A stretch of DNA of 64,000 nt, from positions 1 through 64,000 of the forward strand of contig MEDY01000223.1 in the NCBI GenBank assembly GCA_001724265.1. The letters run 5' to 3'. Position numbers and translations under genes: made by a program. The DNA comes from Rhizaria sp. SCN 62-66 (lineage: Eukaryota). Below the pieces are notes generated by a model. It saw nothing but the letters and a program-made list of their open reading frames with translations, was not told the origin of the DNA and ran no database searches. Below are positions 1 to 13,100 of the stretch, one piece after another; positions within the stretch are counted from its first letter, which is position 1, and each line of letters starts with the position of its first letter.

Positions 1-290
1 TGATGTTTATTGGGGATGGGGAGTCTGGCCGAGTGCCGCCACACCACAAACATGTGGGGGGAAGAGGCTCAATCGGCCCAATTTGTACCCCCCCTGTGAT
101 GGACAAGAAACGGACGAGCGAAACAGGAGATAAAACCAACCTTAAGAGCCATGGTTTTTCCGTCAAACGAACAGTGTGATGCATTACTAATATAATACGC
201 AACGTGGTATTACTTCCTTTAATTATCCCTCTCAAAACGTCATTTGACTCTCTATCTCGCAACTTTCAGCGAGTCCACTCGCTCAGCCCA

Positions 291-1760
291 ATGTCTGCGT
301 CTGCCGCCTCCGCCGACGCAGCCGCTGTCACCACCCCAAGCTTCACCACGGTCGTCAGCTCCCGTGCCCCGTTGACAGAGAGCTCCTACGAGTTCTGGCG
401 TTCAGCTGCCCCCATCGCGAGCCCATCATCGGTCCGTCTGGGCCGCACTCTGCATGGCAGCAGTACAAACACTGCGAGTGGTTACGCCGCAACTGGCGAC
501 GGCGCTCTGGCCGCCACTTGGGTCGGCAGCTCGAGCGTCTTCGCGCGCACCTACGGCGCCGGTGCCGGCGCTAGGCTTGTGGCCGCCGGGTGCACGACGA
601 AGCATGACCCGCGGCCAACGGGGCCCGCCGGCGCGGCCATCGTCAACACGGCGGCTTCCTCCAGCACTACAGCAGTGACGAACAGCGCTGGCGTTGTGTA
701 CGAGCCCGCCACGTACGGCAATGTGCGGAACAAGAACGGCAACAAGAACAGCAGCAGTATCGTTATTGGCCTTCCATTGGGAGCAACAACGTCAGCGAAC
801 GCCAAAGGCAGCAGCAGCAGCAGTGCCATGAACACGAGCTTCATTGCCACTTCTTCAACGACAACTGCTGGTAACAGCGGCATCTCCCGTGAGGCTTTCG
901 AGAAAGCTCGTCTGGCCACGCGCGTTGGCGGCTATGCACACTGGGACCCCGTCAATGATGCGGGCTCCCCTTTTGTGCCAGCGAACAACACGACTCTCTA
1001 CCAGGGCCCCGAGCAACAGGTACTTACTCATGACCCATCCAAACGTCAATGCGAGATATCTCAATCAAAGCTAGGCATATTTAACCCAAACTTAAAACTA
1101 GTGTGTTATCTTTGGTTATTTCTATGTTAACTAACTTTTTGTTTCATTTCGCGTTTATCTCGCCGTATATCTGCGCCCTGGCAGTTTTCCCCCGCGCCGG
1201 CCCTGTCGAGCCACACCCGCGCCGAGGCCGCCCTCCGCGACTCCCAGTGCGCGGCCACGGCGCACCGCCTCTCGCTGCTTGACGCGCGCCGCGCCGCCGC
1301 TCTGGAGCGCGAGCGCGGCCGCTGGGCGGCGCTGGAGGCCGCCGAGGCCGCCGAGAGTGCGCGCATCAGCGCTGAGAGGGAGCGGGGGGTCAAGGCTAAG
1401 AGGGGCGCCGGCTCGGTCCCGTTTGACCTTGTCACACACACCTACACGGACTCGGCTGCGGTACGTACCAAGAATCAAGGATATGTCCGTGCTATTGTAG
1501 TGCGATGTTTTATTGCTAATTCTGCTCTCGACTCGATTGTGATCACCTCTCACTTATTTTGTTCTTCTTTCATTTTTGTACTTTGCGCGCTCACTTATAC
1601 ATCTGGCTGGTACTGGCGACATGTTTGTCGACTATCAAAGGCGCGTTCAATGCGTGCCGCTGACGCCGACGCCGACGCCCGTGCCCACGCGCGCACGCGG
1701 GCGCTGGCTGCACAGCAAAATAAGCATGGGTACAACCCTATCACTGGCGCCCCCGTCTGA
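291..1760 (+). CDS. Uncharacterised protein (~374 aa), 3 exons: 291-1019, 1185-1460, 1641-1760; ends in GYNPITGAPV
   Basis: GC-rich exons with GT..AG introns (donors GTACTT 1020, GTACGT 1461). All junctions are phase 0 and give one continuous frame ending in TGA. No family recognised. Confidence 0.7.
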
Positions 1761-2669
1761 GTTTATTTCGCATAAATGCAAAACGCGTTTTAGCAGGTAG
1801 AACACATGGTGACGAGCGGAACACGCGGCCAAAGAGAAAGACAGAGGGCCTTGAGATAATATGTCGAAGGGAATACTTACATAGCGCTTCATTGATCACA
1901 GCACTCACAACTCCAATACAGATTGCATCTTTTGTTTCAGTGGACTCTGGGACTAGCAAACGATTTGTATTTGTATATGTTTTTCATGGATACACGTACG
2001 AACATTCGAAATCACAACACACACAAAACAACAAACAACAGACGGCGCATTTGCAGCCACACATGGGATGAATAACAACAACTCCGAGCATTAACACAAG
2101 TTTGTTCGCTTCGCGTTCTTGTTGATAGAAACCCATTCCCACGTGTGACTGTAAGTGTTTTGCGTGCTGCTATCGCGGGCGTCAAGTGTGAGTGCAATGT
2201 GAGGATAGCTGGGAATTTAGAGCAAGTATGATAAATATAGTTAGATGGAGTTGTTAGAAACATCGGGGAAGTGTGCAACGAACAAACAAAGAGAAAGCAG
2301 TAGCAAATATAGGGACCGAAAACAAGAGAAGACAAATAGGTAGCAACATGACGCTGCTTATATACAGCTGTACGACGAAGACATAAAAGAAGCGTGATTA
2401 TTTCAAAGCAAGCAAAATAAGATAAAACGTAATAAAAAACACCCCATTCTGAAAAAAATCAAGGGTCGTTAAAAAAAAAGAATAAAAAAAAACTATTGAT
2501 CTCGACAACAGCTTCACTGACAACAGGAAACTGTCAGGCATTCGTTGCGACCTGACTCTGCCTCTGCCTCTGAACTTACAGTCGGTGAACCACCCTTCGC
2601 CCACAGTCACACAGCCACGTGTCCCCACTCCACCATAGGTACCCCCATGTATACCCACGTGTTCCTGTC

Positions 2670-5463
2670 TCACGCGACGGGGCACACGTTGAGGATGCGG
2701 AGGGTGTACAGGTGGTGGACTCCGAAGTAGTGCGTCAGAGCCGCGGCGAACACGAACATGTGCCACCACTGGTGCGAGGAGCAGAAGATGTCAAAGCGAC
2801 CCGGGAAGCATCGCTCGGGCACCTGGGTGATGTAGATGCAGGCGCCGCCGATGTAGAGCCCCCCCATGGCGACGAGGTAGAGGAAGACACTGAGAGTGAA
2901 GCCGTCGAGGAGGGAGTAGTGGACGAAGGGGCCCGAGCCGAAGAGCCCCAATGTGATGAAGAGGAGCACGCGCGGGGTGCGGAACGCTGTGCCCGCGCAG
3001 CGTGGGTGAACCGTGACGACGAACGTGGCCAGACAGCCGAGCGAGATCAGGAGCATGTACAGCTGCTGCGGCCCTGGGTGGCAGTAAAGCATGTAGTAGA
3101 TCATGGGGATGTTGCTGCCACCAATGAGGAACGCAATACCCGCATAGTCAAGCCGCACGAGCTGCTCGGCCATCTTAGGCGACATGGAGTAGAAGAGGTG
3201 GAACACGGCGGAGCACGCGAAACAGGCCATTGCGGAGATGATGAAGACGACGATAGGCCAGATGGGCAGCTCGTCTAAGTACTCCTCGCCCAGGTCTAAG
3301 TACCGCAGCAGCGCCAGCGGCTCAGGACCCTCCCTGTGATGATGATGGTTGTTATCGCCCATCTCGTGACCGTGGCCATGACCCTGGTCGTGGCCGTGTG
3401 AGTGGCTGAGTCTATCGAGCTGTCTCCTCGCATCCCTCTGCTCCTCATGCTGGATATACTGCACGATCGGCGCCGCGACCTCGATCAATTGTTGGTACAC
3501 CTCGCCCGCAGCCTCGCGCACAGCCGCTGCGGCGGCACCCGCGCCGGTGCCGGTGGCGCTTTTGGCCAGCTGGATCGCGTCCATGGCGCGCTCGGCGGCG
3601 CGCTCGGCCTGGAGTCATTGAGAAAAATAGAACAGATGGAGGCATATATGCAAATTGTGTGAGTTAAAATTGGAATGCTCATATAAGCTTATATTATGTT
3701 GAATTTCATGATCATAGAGCAACATTACGAAGAGACATCTGATTTTTTTGCAATCACGCGCTTGCGTGTTGTTGAGTTTACTTGTTCCGTACCTGTCGTT
3801 CGAGGGCCTCGGTGAGCGCCTGCAGCGACGAGTGCTTGGCACCGGCGCCGCCCGCCCCCGCCTGCTTACTATTAGTGGACCACCAACGGCCGGCGCGCTT
3901 CGCGAGGATCGACGCAATGGTCCTCGGCGGCTGTTCCAGGGCCTCATTGTCACTATTGTTGTTACTATTGCCATTGTTGCTGCCCTCTGTAGACGCGGTG
4001 TCAATTTCGTCTGCGACGGTCTTGAGCAGTGCCCGGAATGACTCCTTGACGCTGCGGATGCGGTCCACAGTGGCGCCGGGCAGCGAGCGCAACAGTTCGC
4101 GGGAGCGGCGCGCGATGCTGGGGTCGAACCGGGCATTGCTACCAGTGCCAGCGCCAGTGCCAGCGCCAGTGCCAGTGCCAGTGCCAGCGCCAGTGCCAGC
4201 GCCAGTGCCAGCGCCAGCGCCAGTGGCGCTGCTGCTGCTGCCGCCCTGTTGCTGCTGCTGTTGCTGTTGCTGCTGCTGCTGCTGCTGCTGTTGGGATAGC
4301 AGAGCAGCGGCTTCGGCGTCAGAGACGCTCTCAAGCTCGAGCAGAGCCTTGTTCGCATCCATCCCAGTCGTTGTCGCAGTCGACGTCGCAGCGGCGGTGG
4401 CGGTTGCGCTGGCGTCTAAGGGGGCACTCGCGGTCATGAGTTCCCTGTACGCGTAGTGCTCGCCCTCGATCGGCATGAACAGACATACCGCGACCAGCAT
4501 GAAGATCATGAAGATGAACGCGGCAGCGTGGGTCCACACGTTGAACGTCTCGTTGTGGAGGTGGAACAGCGAGCGCAACGCCTCGCGCGCCGAGAGATTG
4601 TACCGGTAGCCACTGTGGATGAACGGGTTGTCGCGAACCCAGTCAGGCGCGTCCGCCAGTAGGCTGTAGCGTGCGTTGCTGCGGGGAGCGCCGTGGCCCG
4701 AGCAGACGTGAGCGCAGCGCGACTTGGGCTGAGCGTCCTCCTCCTCAGTGGCCGCAGGGGCAGTCGCAGTTGCAGCTTTGGCAGGCTCGGAGGCTGTCTC
4801 GGTGTTGAGGGGAGAAGAGGCGAGGGAGATCACAGAGCCTGTGTCGGTGGTATCGTTGCTGATGCTGCCGATCGCAGTCTCAACCACGGAAGCAGCGGCA
4901 GCAGCAGACTTGCGAGCGCTGGAGCGGGCAGAGCGAGAGCTCCCGGTCACAGTCGCAGTCGCCGTCGTCGTGTTCGCAGTGTTGGCGGTGTTCGCGGCGG
5001 TGACAGCAGCGCGAGAGCGTGAGCGTGGCCGGCTATCCGTCTTCGCCGCAGTGTCAGCGGCGGCGGTGACACGAGGGCTGCGGGGCTTGCTCGCCGACCG
5101 TGCCCGCGACTGAGAGCGCGACTGGGACCGCGAGCGTGATTGCAAAGGCAACTGCGACTGGGCATGGGCGTGGGCGCGGGCCCGGGAGCGGGAGCGGGAG
5201 CGGGATGAGCTCGATGCAGCTGCACCACTTGAGGCAGTGGCAGGGAAGGCGCCATTCTTGCCCGCAGAAGCGCTGGAGGTCGCCCTGGAGGCGCCAGCGC
5301 GGCGACGCAGCGTCGCGGCTTCGTCACGGGGCTCGGCGGCCGCGGCGGAGAGTTGTTGGGCCGCGTTCGAGCCACGGGCAGCGGCGGGGCCAGTCTGCGT
5401 CGCGGCAGCGGTGGCGCCGGGGGCGGCGGAGCGGGGGCGCGACGGGGCCCGGCGGGCGGACAT
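2670..5463 (-). CDS. PAQR / adiponectin-receptor-like (Hly-III family) 7-TM protein (~869 aa), exons 5463-3793 and 3608-2670
   Basis: Motifs NPFIHSGYR, HNETFNVWTH, SAVFHLF, DYAGIA, PERCFPGRFD, SHQWWH. Phase-0 intron GTACGG..CAG joins the two ORF-track ORFs. TGA stop. Start ATG inferred. Confidence 0.9.
4142..4224. repeat. Hexamer tandem repeat (CCAGTG/CCAGCG)n encoding Gly-Ala/Gly-Thr in the PAQR gene, next to a CAG/CAA poly-Gln tract (~4246-4293)
   Basis: Directly visible in the sequence. Confidence 0.9.
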
Positions 5464-6186
5464 GGCGCTGCGGGCAACGTGAAATCGCAAAAAATAAGGG
5501 TTAGTAGTAAGGTTTGGTGCGGGGGAGCGCTGGAATGAGCGAGAAAGGCCGCTTTCGTCACAGGCCAGTGGCACGGCCGAGTCAGCGAGCCGGAAACGGT
5601 TATTTCCACGCACACGTTCCGTCCATTGCGGTATTATATGGCACAAATATGAAAACAAACGTATAGTAGCGGAATAAACAATGGGATTCAATCTCATGCC
5701 GATCTGCCCGATATAAATCCCGGTTTGCGTTTTGACGACGCCCTCCACATTTCTGACCGTGGGCTTTCGCCGGCAGATCGGTGTAGGTCTCGGTCGGTGG
5801 CGGCAGAGGCAAGACTGTTTAGCCACCACACAAGGGAGGGAGAAGAGCTTGCGCAAAATCGCTATGGGGCGCGTCAGCTCGATCGTCAGCGTTGGCCGCG
5901 TTTTACCATGTGTATATATTCCACACACTGTGTTAACTGTGTTATTTTCGATCCGTCCCAAGGGCGCGTTTGTCCCCGCTCTAATCCGCATTCACACCCA
6001 CTGCGCCTCTCTCCAAGCTCGCTGTCCGCACGCCCGAACGCGTTATCGACATCCTTCCCGCCCACCTCTACTTATATAACTTCACCACACCAATCTATAC
6101 GAACTAACCTAACTTATCCCTCACTTTCACTTGATTATGCATCTATTACTTCTCGACTGGCCTGTCTTTTAGCTTGCGCCTCTGAT

Positions 6187-9100
6187 ATGGTGCGCAAAGC
6201 CATCGGCCATGCGCCCACCGGCATCGGCCGCGCGCTCGTCAAGAGCAACCACGACAACCGCGTGCGCGCCAAGCGTCAGGGCCGCAAGTCCACGGTGCAC
6301 CTGCACAACGTGGACGACGACTCGCTGGCGGCCGAGCAGAGCAAGCTCAAGTCCGTCATGGAGCGCAACGCGATGGATGAGTTCATGGCCGAGGCCATCA
6401 TGAAGGAGAAGTCATTCGCAGCGCAGCGTGCCAACGTGATCATGGTCGGCGGGTCGACCGTGGTGCAGGTGCAGTCGCGCGCCGTGACGGAGCAGCTCGA
6501 GTACGAGAATATCCGTATCCCGCGCCGGCCGCAGTGGAAGTTCGGCATGGATCCCGACGAGCTCATCCGCCAGGTGCGTCATCACAAATCGCGATATCTC
6601 CGCAACATGTTTACTTTCCGTCATAATATCATACTTCAACCTGTATTTCCATGTTATCTACCTTTATACTAAGTTTTTTTTTCTTAATGGTGTTATATCA
6701 TGCGTTTATTCACTTTTGTATACCTTATCCCGACTTTTTGTTTCCTAACGCTTTGTTCCACAGGAGCGCGAGGCGTTCGTCGACTGGCGCCGCGAGCTAG
6801 CCGTCTACGAGGAGGCCGCCTCGGATAAGCACGCCACGCCCTTTGAGAAGAACATCGAGGTTTGGAAGCAGCTCTGGCGCGTCTCCGAGAAGGCCCACGT
6901 GATCGCGCAGATCGTCGACGCCCGCAACCCTCTTCTCTTCTACTGCGCCGACCTGGTGGCGCTGGCCGGCGAGCTTGACCCGCGCAAGCGGTGCGTGCTC
7001 GTCGTCAACAAGTCCGACTTCCTCACGCGCGAAGCCCGCGCGCAGTGGGCCAAGTACTTCACCGCGAACAACATCGACTTCATCTTCTGGTCTGCCAAGC
7101 GCGAGACTGAGGCTCAGGTACGTTACTATAACAAACTTTAAAAGTGGCGTATATACCGCTCAACTAGCATGAAACTTCGAATTTAAGTATTATTTGATAT
7201 TTGATACCTATGTTTTATATTTTTATTTCATCAACATGCATATGTCATTCCTCCCATTTATCTCACTTTTCTGTTCTTCTCTACGAATCGATGCGACATA
7301 CCTTAGGTCGAGGAGACCGAGCTGGTCAAGGAGTTCGCCGCCCGGCGCGACGCGATGATCCAGCATGTCATCATGCGCCGCCGCGCTGCGCGCGCCGCCC
7401 GCGCCCTCGCCAGCCCCGAAGCCGCGGCGGCCGCCGACAAGGCCGCCCGGTCGGCCGCTCGCGCCGCTAAGGCCTCGGCGGCCAAGGCGGCCATCGCCGG
7501 CAGCAAGTTCAGTCTGATTGCCGGCTCCGACTCTGAGGACGATGAGGACAACGAGGAGGAGGACGGCGCTGCCCCCGTCAAGTCTGCCGCCGCTACTACT
7601 AAGGCTGATGCCGAGCCTGAGGCCGAGGAGGAGGACGCTGAGGACGAGGATGAAGACGACGAAGACAACACCAACGATGCCGACCTTGACGACGACGACG
7701 CGGCCGCTGACGGCGACTACGACGAGAGCGATATGGTCCACGCCGAGGCCGAGGTCGACGTCGAGCTCGCGTCCGAGGCCGCCGCGCTGCGCGCGCTCAT
7801 CAAGGCCCGTCGCGCCAACACCAACACCACCGCCCACGCCCACAAGGCCACTGAGAGCGCGACGGTGGTCCCCGCTGCGGCGGCCGCGGCTACGGTGCGT
7901 GACCCTCTGCAGGTGGCGAACCAGCAGGAGCTGACGGACTACCTCAAGTCGCGTGCGCACACCGGCTACGTCGCCGAGGGCCACCGCCGCACGGTCGCGG
8001 TGCAGCGCCGTCTCGCCGGGCTGCCGGAGACCGTGGTTAGCGAGGCAGAGGACCAGGCTCACTTGGACGCCGCGGCCGCGCTGGCGAGCGACGAGTTGGC
8101 GCTGGCTGACTCCATTGCACTGGGCAAGTACGCGCACGAGGACGACGAAAACGACCACTTGTTCAACCAGAGCAACAACACGGGGAACGAGGACGGCGGC
8201 GAGGACTCGAGCATTGTGGACGCGAGTTCGAACGAGCACGCGATCCGTCGCCGCGTGCGCGGGATCGTTATGCGCGCCAACGCCGTCAGGGCCACGCGCG
8301 CGGTGCCTAAAGTCACCATCGGCATGCTCGGCTTCCCCAACGTCGGCAAGTCGAGCACGATCAACGCGCTGCTGGGCGCCAAGAAGGTCTCGGTCGCGTC
8401 TACCCCCGGCAAGACGAAGCACTTCCAGACGCTGAACCTGGGCGACGACATCATGCTGTGCGACTGCCCCGGTCTTGTCTTCCCGACTTTCGTGCACTCG
8501 CGCTCGACGCTTATCATCAACGGTGTTATCCCCGTCGACACGCTGCGCGACTTCATCTCGCCCATGGAGGCCGTGTGCCAGCGCATCTCCCGCTCGCAGG
8601 TGACCCAGCTGTACGGGCTCGATCTCCCGGCCTGGAAGCCCCTCGACGCCCACACGCTGCTGCAGGGCTACTGCCGCGTGCGCGGCTTTTTCCGGTCCCA
8701 CGGCCAGCCCGACGAGGTGCGCGCGGCGCGCAAGATGCTCAAGGACTTCAACAACGGCGAGTTGCTCCACTGCCAGTGCCCGCCTGGGCTGACCAAGGAG
8801 CAGCGCCGCGCCTTTTACTCCTCGTTCGCTGAGGAGGCCGCCGCCGCGCTGGCTGCCGAGGCCGTGGCCGCGAGCCAGGAACGCGAGCTTCAGCGCGCCG
8901 AGGCCGGCTACAATATCCCGATGAACCGCCCGAAGCCCGCGGCCGGCCACGGGTCCTCGTCGTCGCTGGCGATCACGGCCGAGAGCACGCGCGCCGACAT
9001 CGCGCGGATTCGCGAGCTCCGCGCGCTCGCGCTACAGACGCAGACCAACGGCGCGCGCGGCGGCAACGCCAACGCCAAGGCCGCGGCCGCGGTGCGCGAG

Positions 9101-9598
9101 GCTGACCACGAGTTGGCATTCGAGACCGAGACGGAGGCCATGCTTGCACAGGCGCGCCGCGCCGCCGCCGCCGCTGCCGCCGCTACCAAGGCCGGCGGGA
9201 ACGCCTCCGACGCCTCTGCCGCCGCCGCTGCCGCTGCCGCTGGTGCTGTCCCGACGCTCGACGACGCTGGCAACGAGCTGGACGTGATCGACGTCTTGGT
9301 GAGCCGCGCTAAGATCACGGCTGTGGCGCCTAGCGACGGCGTCAAGGTGGCCGCCAACGCCGTCGACAAGGTGCAGAACAAGAAGAACCGGCTCCTGGCT
9401 CTCGAGGGCGCGGCGATGAGCAAGAAGCAGATCTACCGGATGCGTAACAACATGCTCAAGGGCCAGGGCCGCGGACGGGACCTGTTCGAGGACGACGTCA
9501 ACATGGTCGGCACGGGCGGCGGCCAGGCCGCGAAACACCTGAACAAGGCATACGACCAGTACGGCAACCGGCTCAAGGTCAAGGACATGGAGAATTGA
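6187..9598 (+). CDS. LSG1: Large subunit GTPase 1 (circularly permuted GTPase, 60S biogenesis), ~1010 aa; exons 6187-6573, 6764-7117, 7307-9598
   Basis: IPRRPQW, WRRELA, TPFEKNIEVWKQLWRV, QIVDARNPL, NKSD (G4), GFPNVGKSS (G1), TPGKTKHFQT (G2), DCPGLVFP (G3). Phase-0 introns, TGA stop. Confidence 0.95.
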
Positions 9599-10163
9599 AG
9601 CTGAGGAAAAATCATATCTGAGAGTAGCTTTGTTTAGTGTTCAAAACAGCGTGACTAGGGTCAGTCGGGCCAAAATACCAATAGTGTTGTCGTGGAGGTG
9701 AGGTGATGCGTACAGAGTGTGTTTAGATATAAAAAGCTAATAAACAAATAATTGTATAAAAATATACTATTTTTGTGTCCGGCTATTCATTTTTTCATTG
9801 AACGCCAATTCATTTGCATGGATGCCAGAGTTCTGTCCAAATGTGTTAGTAGCGTTATCTACACAAATCATTGAGATTCTCGGGATGCTGGACTTTGAAG
9901 TGGGGCGTATCAAAAATTAAAGTCTTCAGTTATTTAATCTTGTTTAGCATGGAACTTGGGCGAGTGCATTTAGGTTAATCTTGCATTATCATTCGCCGTT
10001 CACTGCGCACTCACCACCGTTCGCACACCAGACTGTCTTCCAGAACGCTCTCCGATTCTTTTCAAGTCTTGACTATTAAGTGAAACATTTATTTGCATTA
10101 ATTGCTGCATTGAAAAAACGAAGTGATGAACTTGCAAAACGCAACGTTCTACTCCACATAAAC

Positions 10164-13100
10164 TTACCTCACCTGAGCCTTGTTCTTTGTCCCCCGGTAG
10201 TTCTCAAGCAGCGGAAACGCATGCTCGCGCACAAACTGCATCATATCCGGCGACGCACCGGCCACCCGCGCGCATGCCAGCGCCGCGTTATGCGCTGCTG
10301 CCTCCCAGCGGGGGTTGTCCCGTCGCACCAACAGCATCACGCACGCGCCGATTGCGTGCAAAACGCCAACGCCCTCAAGAGGCCCCGACGGCTGCACAGT
10401 CGCGACTTTGGCAGTAGTCGCTCCGGCAGCCGTCGCGGCGTCTAGGACAGCGGCCAGCCCCGCTTGTTGCTCTTCGAGCTTGGCCTTCTTAGCTGCGCCA
10501 GCCAGGAATGCGCCGTTGATATTGAGCGCCGATAGCACCACGCGCGCCGACGACAGCACAGCGTTGCGCACGAGAACCGACGGCGCTGCTGAGAAGTACT
10601 TGTTCCAGTCAGCCTGCGGCACCAGAGTAGGCGGTAACTGGGCAATTTTTATGACGATTTGCGCAAAGTTGCCCGCCGTCTGCGGCGACCACGAGTTGAG
10701 CGCAAGCGACACAACGCCGGCCACGCCCGAGCCTGACGCAAGAGTCACGGCGTCGTGGAGGCTGTCCTCGCCGCGATCGCCCCAGATGCAGAACTCGACG
10801 ACTCGCGCGGCCGCCAGCGCGCGCGCAACACCGGTGGGCAGTGCGCCGGCCGGCTCTGGCAGCGTGGTGCCGCGAGGCAGCCTCGCGTGGTCCGCAGTGG
10901 GGATCGGGTCAGTCGCCCGCGCCCACTGCTCCATGAACTCTCGGTCTACGTGCACCGCCCTGCCGCCGTTTGCCTGCGCGGCCGCAGACGCAGCCTTGCG
11001 CGCAGCATGCTGCGCAGCGGACGCTGCAGCTTTTGCGGACACGGGTGCCGGATCCGGGAAGTAAGCCAGCTCGCGTGACGCCTGCTGCGGGTCATGCTGG
11101 CACATGATTGCAACAGCGCGGAAGCACGAGTCGCTGAGCTCGATAAGCTCAGCCAAGCGTGCAACGGCGCTGAGCTGTCGCGTGCGCCGCTAGTCGGCCA
11201 ATGCATCTGTCTTATTGTCCTCCTTGCCAGCGGGTGCGGCTGAGGAGTTGTCCGGCAGCGTTGCAGCGACCACCGCGGCGATCCCGGTGCCCAACATAAA
11301 CCCGATGCCGTTGCGCGCAAGCATGTCGTCGCGTGCGGCAAGGCTGCCGGCGAGAAGCCGGGTGAGCAGGGTCACGGCAAGCCGCATCAGCGTAATGTCG
11401 AGCCCAGAGCACTGGACGACTGGCGGGCTAAGTCCGGACGGCGGGGGCGCTACAAGCGCGAAGAGCGCCCAGGGTAGCGCAGGCGTGGCTGCGACAATGC
11501 GCTCCGCAGAGTGCACGCCTTCGGAGACTGCCAAGTCTAGCAGCAGATCAAGACTTCTGCGCAACAACTTCATGTAACTGATGATCGTCGCCATTCCAGA
11601 CGCGTCTCTGTGCAAGGTTGCTTCCTTGGATGCCGTTAAGCGGTCAAGCACTGATACATTTAGAATACACAACAACGCGCGCAGCGCAACGCAAGCGACT
11701 ACCTCCAAAGAGTCCCCCTGATCTTTGGCCTCCCCGTCCTCGTTATCCTCCTTAGCAGCTAAAGCAAGGGCAGCAACACGATCAGGGGCAGCAGCAGAAG
11801 TTGCAGTGGCGTCGGCTTCTGTGTTAGTGCTATTGTTGCTCACGGGCGCAGGCAGACTTGCACTCGCAAGTTTTTTCCTTGAGAGCTCCTGGAGCACAGT
11901 CAACGCGCTACTCAGAACCTCTGACGCGGATGCCAAGGCGGCAAAGTTGAGCTGCCTGCCGACAGACATGCCCATGCTGGAGTGCGCCTTGACGCCGCAG
12001 CGCTCCACGTGCGTCCGCACGTACGCACACCACGCGCCGTCGGCAAACGGCGCGGCAGCCATCGCGGCGTAGCTGTTTTCCCGACCGTGTGCAGCCTGGT
12101 TTGCAACGTCAAGTGTTTTCCGCGCAGCCTCGCTCGCACGTTGCGCGTCATCGACCTTGAGCGCCAGCTCTGCCACGGCCGCCGCATCCGGCTGCGCTGC
12201 CGCCGCTGACTTACCGCCCTTGCCGCTCTTGGCGCCACCCTTAGCCGCCGCGGACCCCTTGGCGCCCTTTGACTGCGTGGCCTCATTGAGCTTCTTGCGT
12301 TCCCGCGCAAGCTGCTCCTTAGCGGCCTCTAGCGCGCGCGTTGATTGAGAGGCGGCAAGGTATGCGCGTGCAACAGAGGGCACTGTTGGCATCATCTGAA
12401 ACTCCGACGACTTCGTTGGCACCAGGCTGGGGAAACCGACACCGAAACCAAACTCCGGTCCCGCAATGGAGTGCTCGCTCGACGCGTCATCGGCCGCGTC
12501 CCAAGCGACGCGCAGCGTGTTTTGCAGCTCAGATATTAGCGTAATCCCCGGTTGCCAGCCGCGCTGAACGAGCGCCTTGAACTGCGTGTCGCGAGCAAGG
12601 CCCTCGGTCATGCTGAGGAGGTTTTGCGTCGCGCTACGCCGCACTAACCGTTGCCCGCTTGGCAGCACTGATGCCGAGCCAAAGGGGCGCGGCGCGCTTG
12701 TCCAGGCACCCGTGGAATCTGTTGGGCTTGCGGAAGTCGCGATCGCGTCTCCAAAGGCCTGTAGCTCATGTTTAGTGTACGAATCAACCTGGAGTGCAAT
12801 GGCTGTAGCCATCACCAGCGTCTCTAGCACATCGTCACTCGGGGGCGCCGCGTTGGCGTCAGGGGCAGCAGCAGCGGCGGTGCTGGCATCAGCGCCCGCA
12901 CTCGCGCTTACCGACAATGCCGGTGTTGCGGGTGTGGCCCCGCTGACGATGAGTTGCGAACGTGCTGTTTCTGACTGCAGTACATTGAGCAGCAGCCCAG
13001 TCGCCGCCTCAAGCATGACTGCAATTCCGCTCAGCCACGACTCAGCGGGCGCAGCGAAAGCGGCGTCAGCTGCAAACATGAGAGCAACACGAGTCTCACC

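Noticed and set aside
5464-6186. Overlapping 5' extensions of the PAQR (to 5991) and LSG1 (from 5725) ORFs
   Set aside because: Artefacts of upstream or non-ATG start selection. Coding-like composition begins at ATG 5463 and ATG 6187.
7400-8300. Large acidic insertion in LSG1 as a novelty
   Set aside because: LSG1 orthologues commonly carry a long variable insertion between the G5 and G1 motifs.
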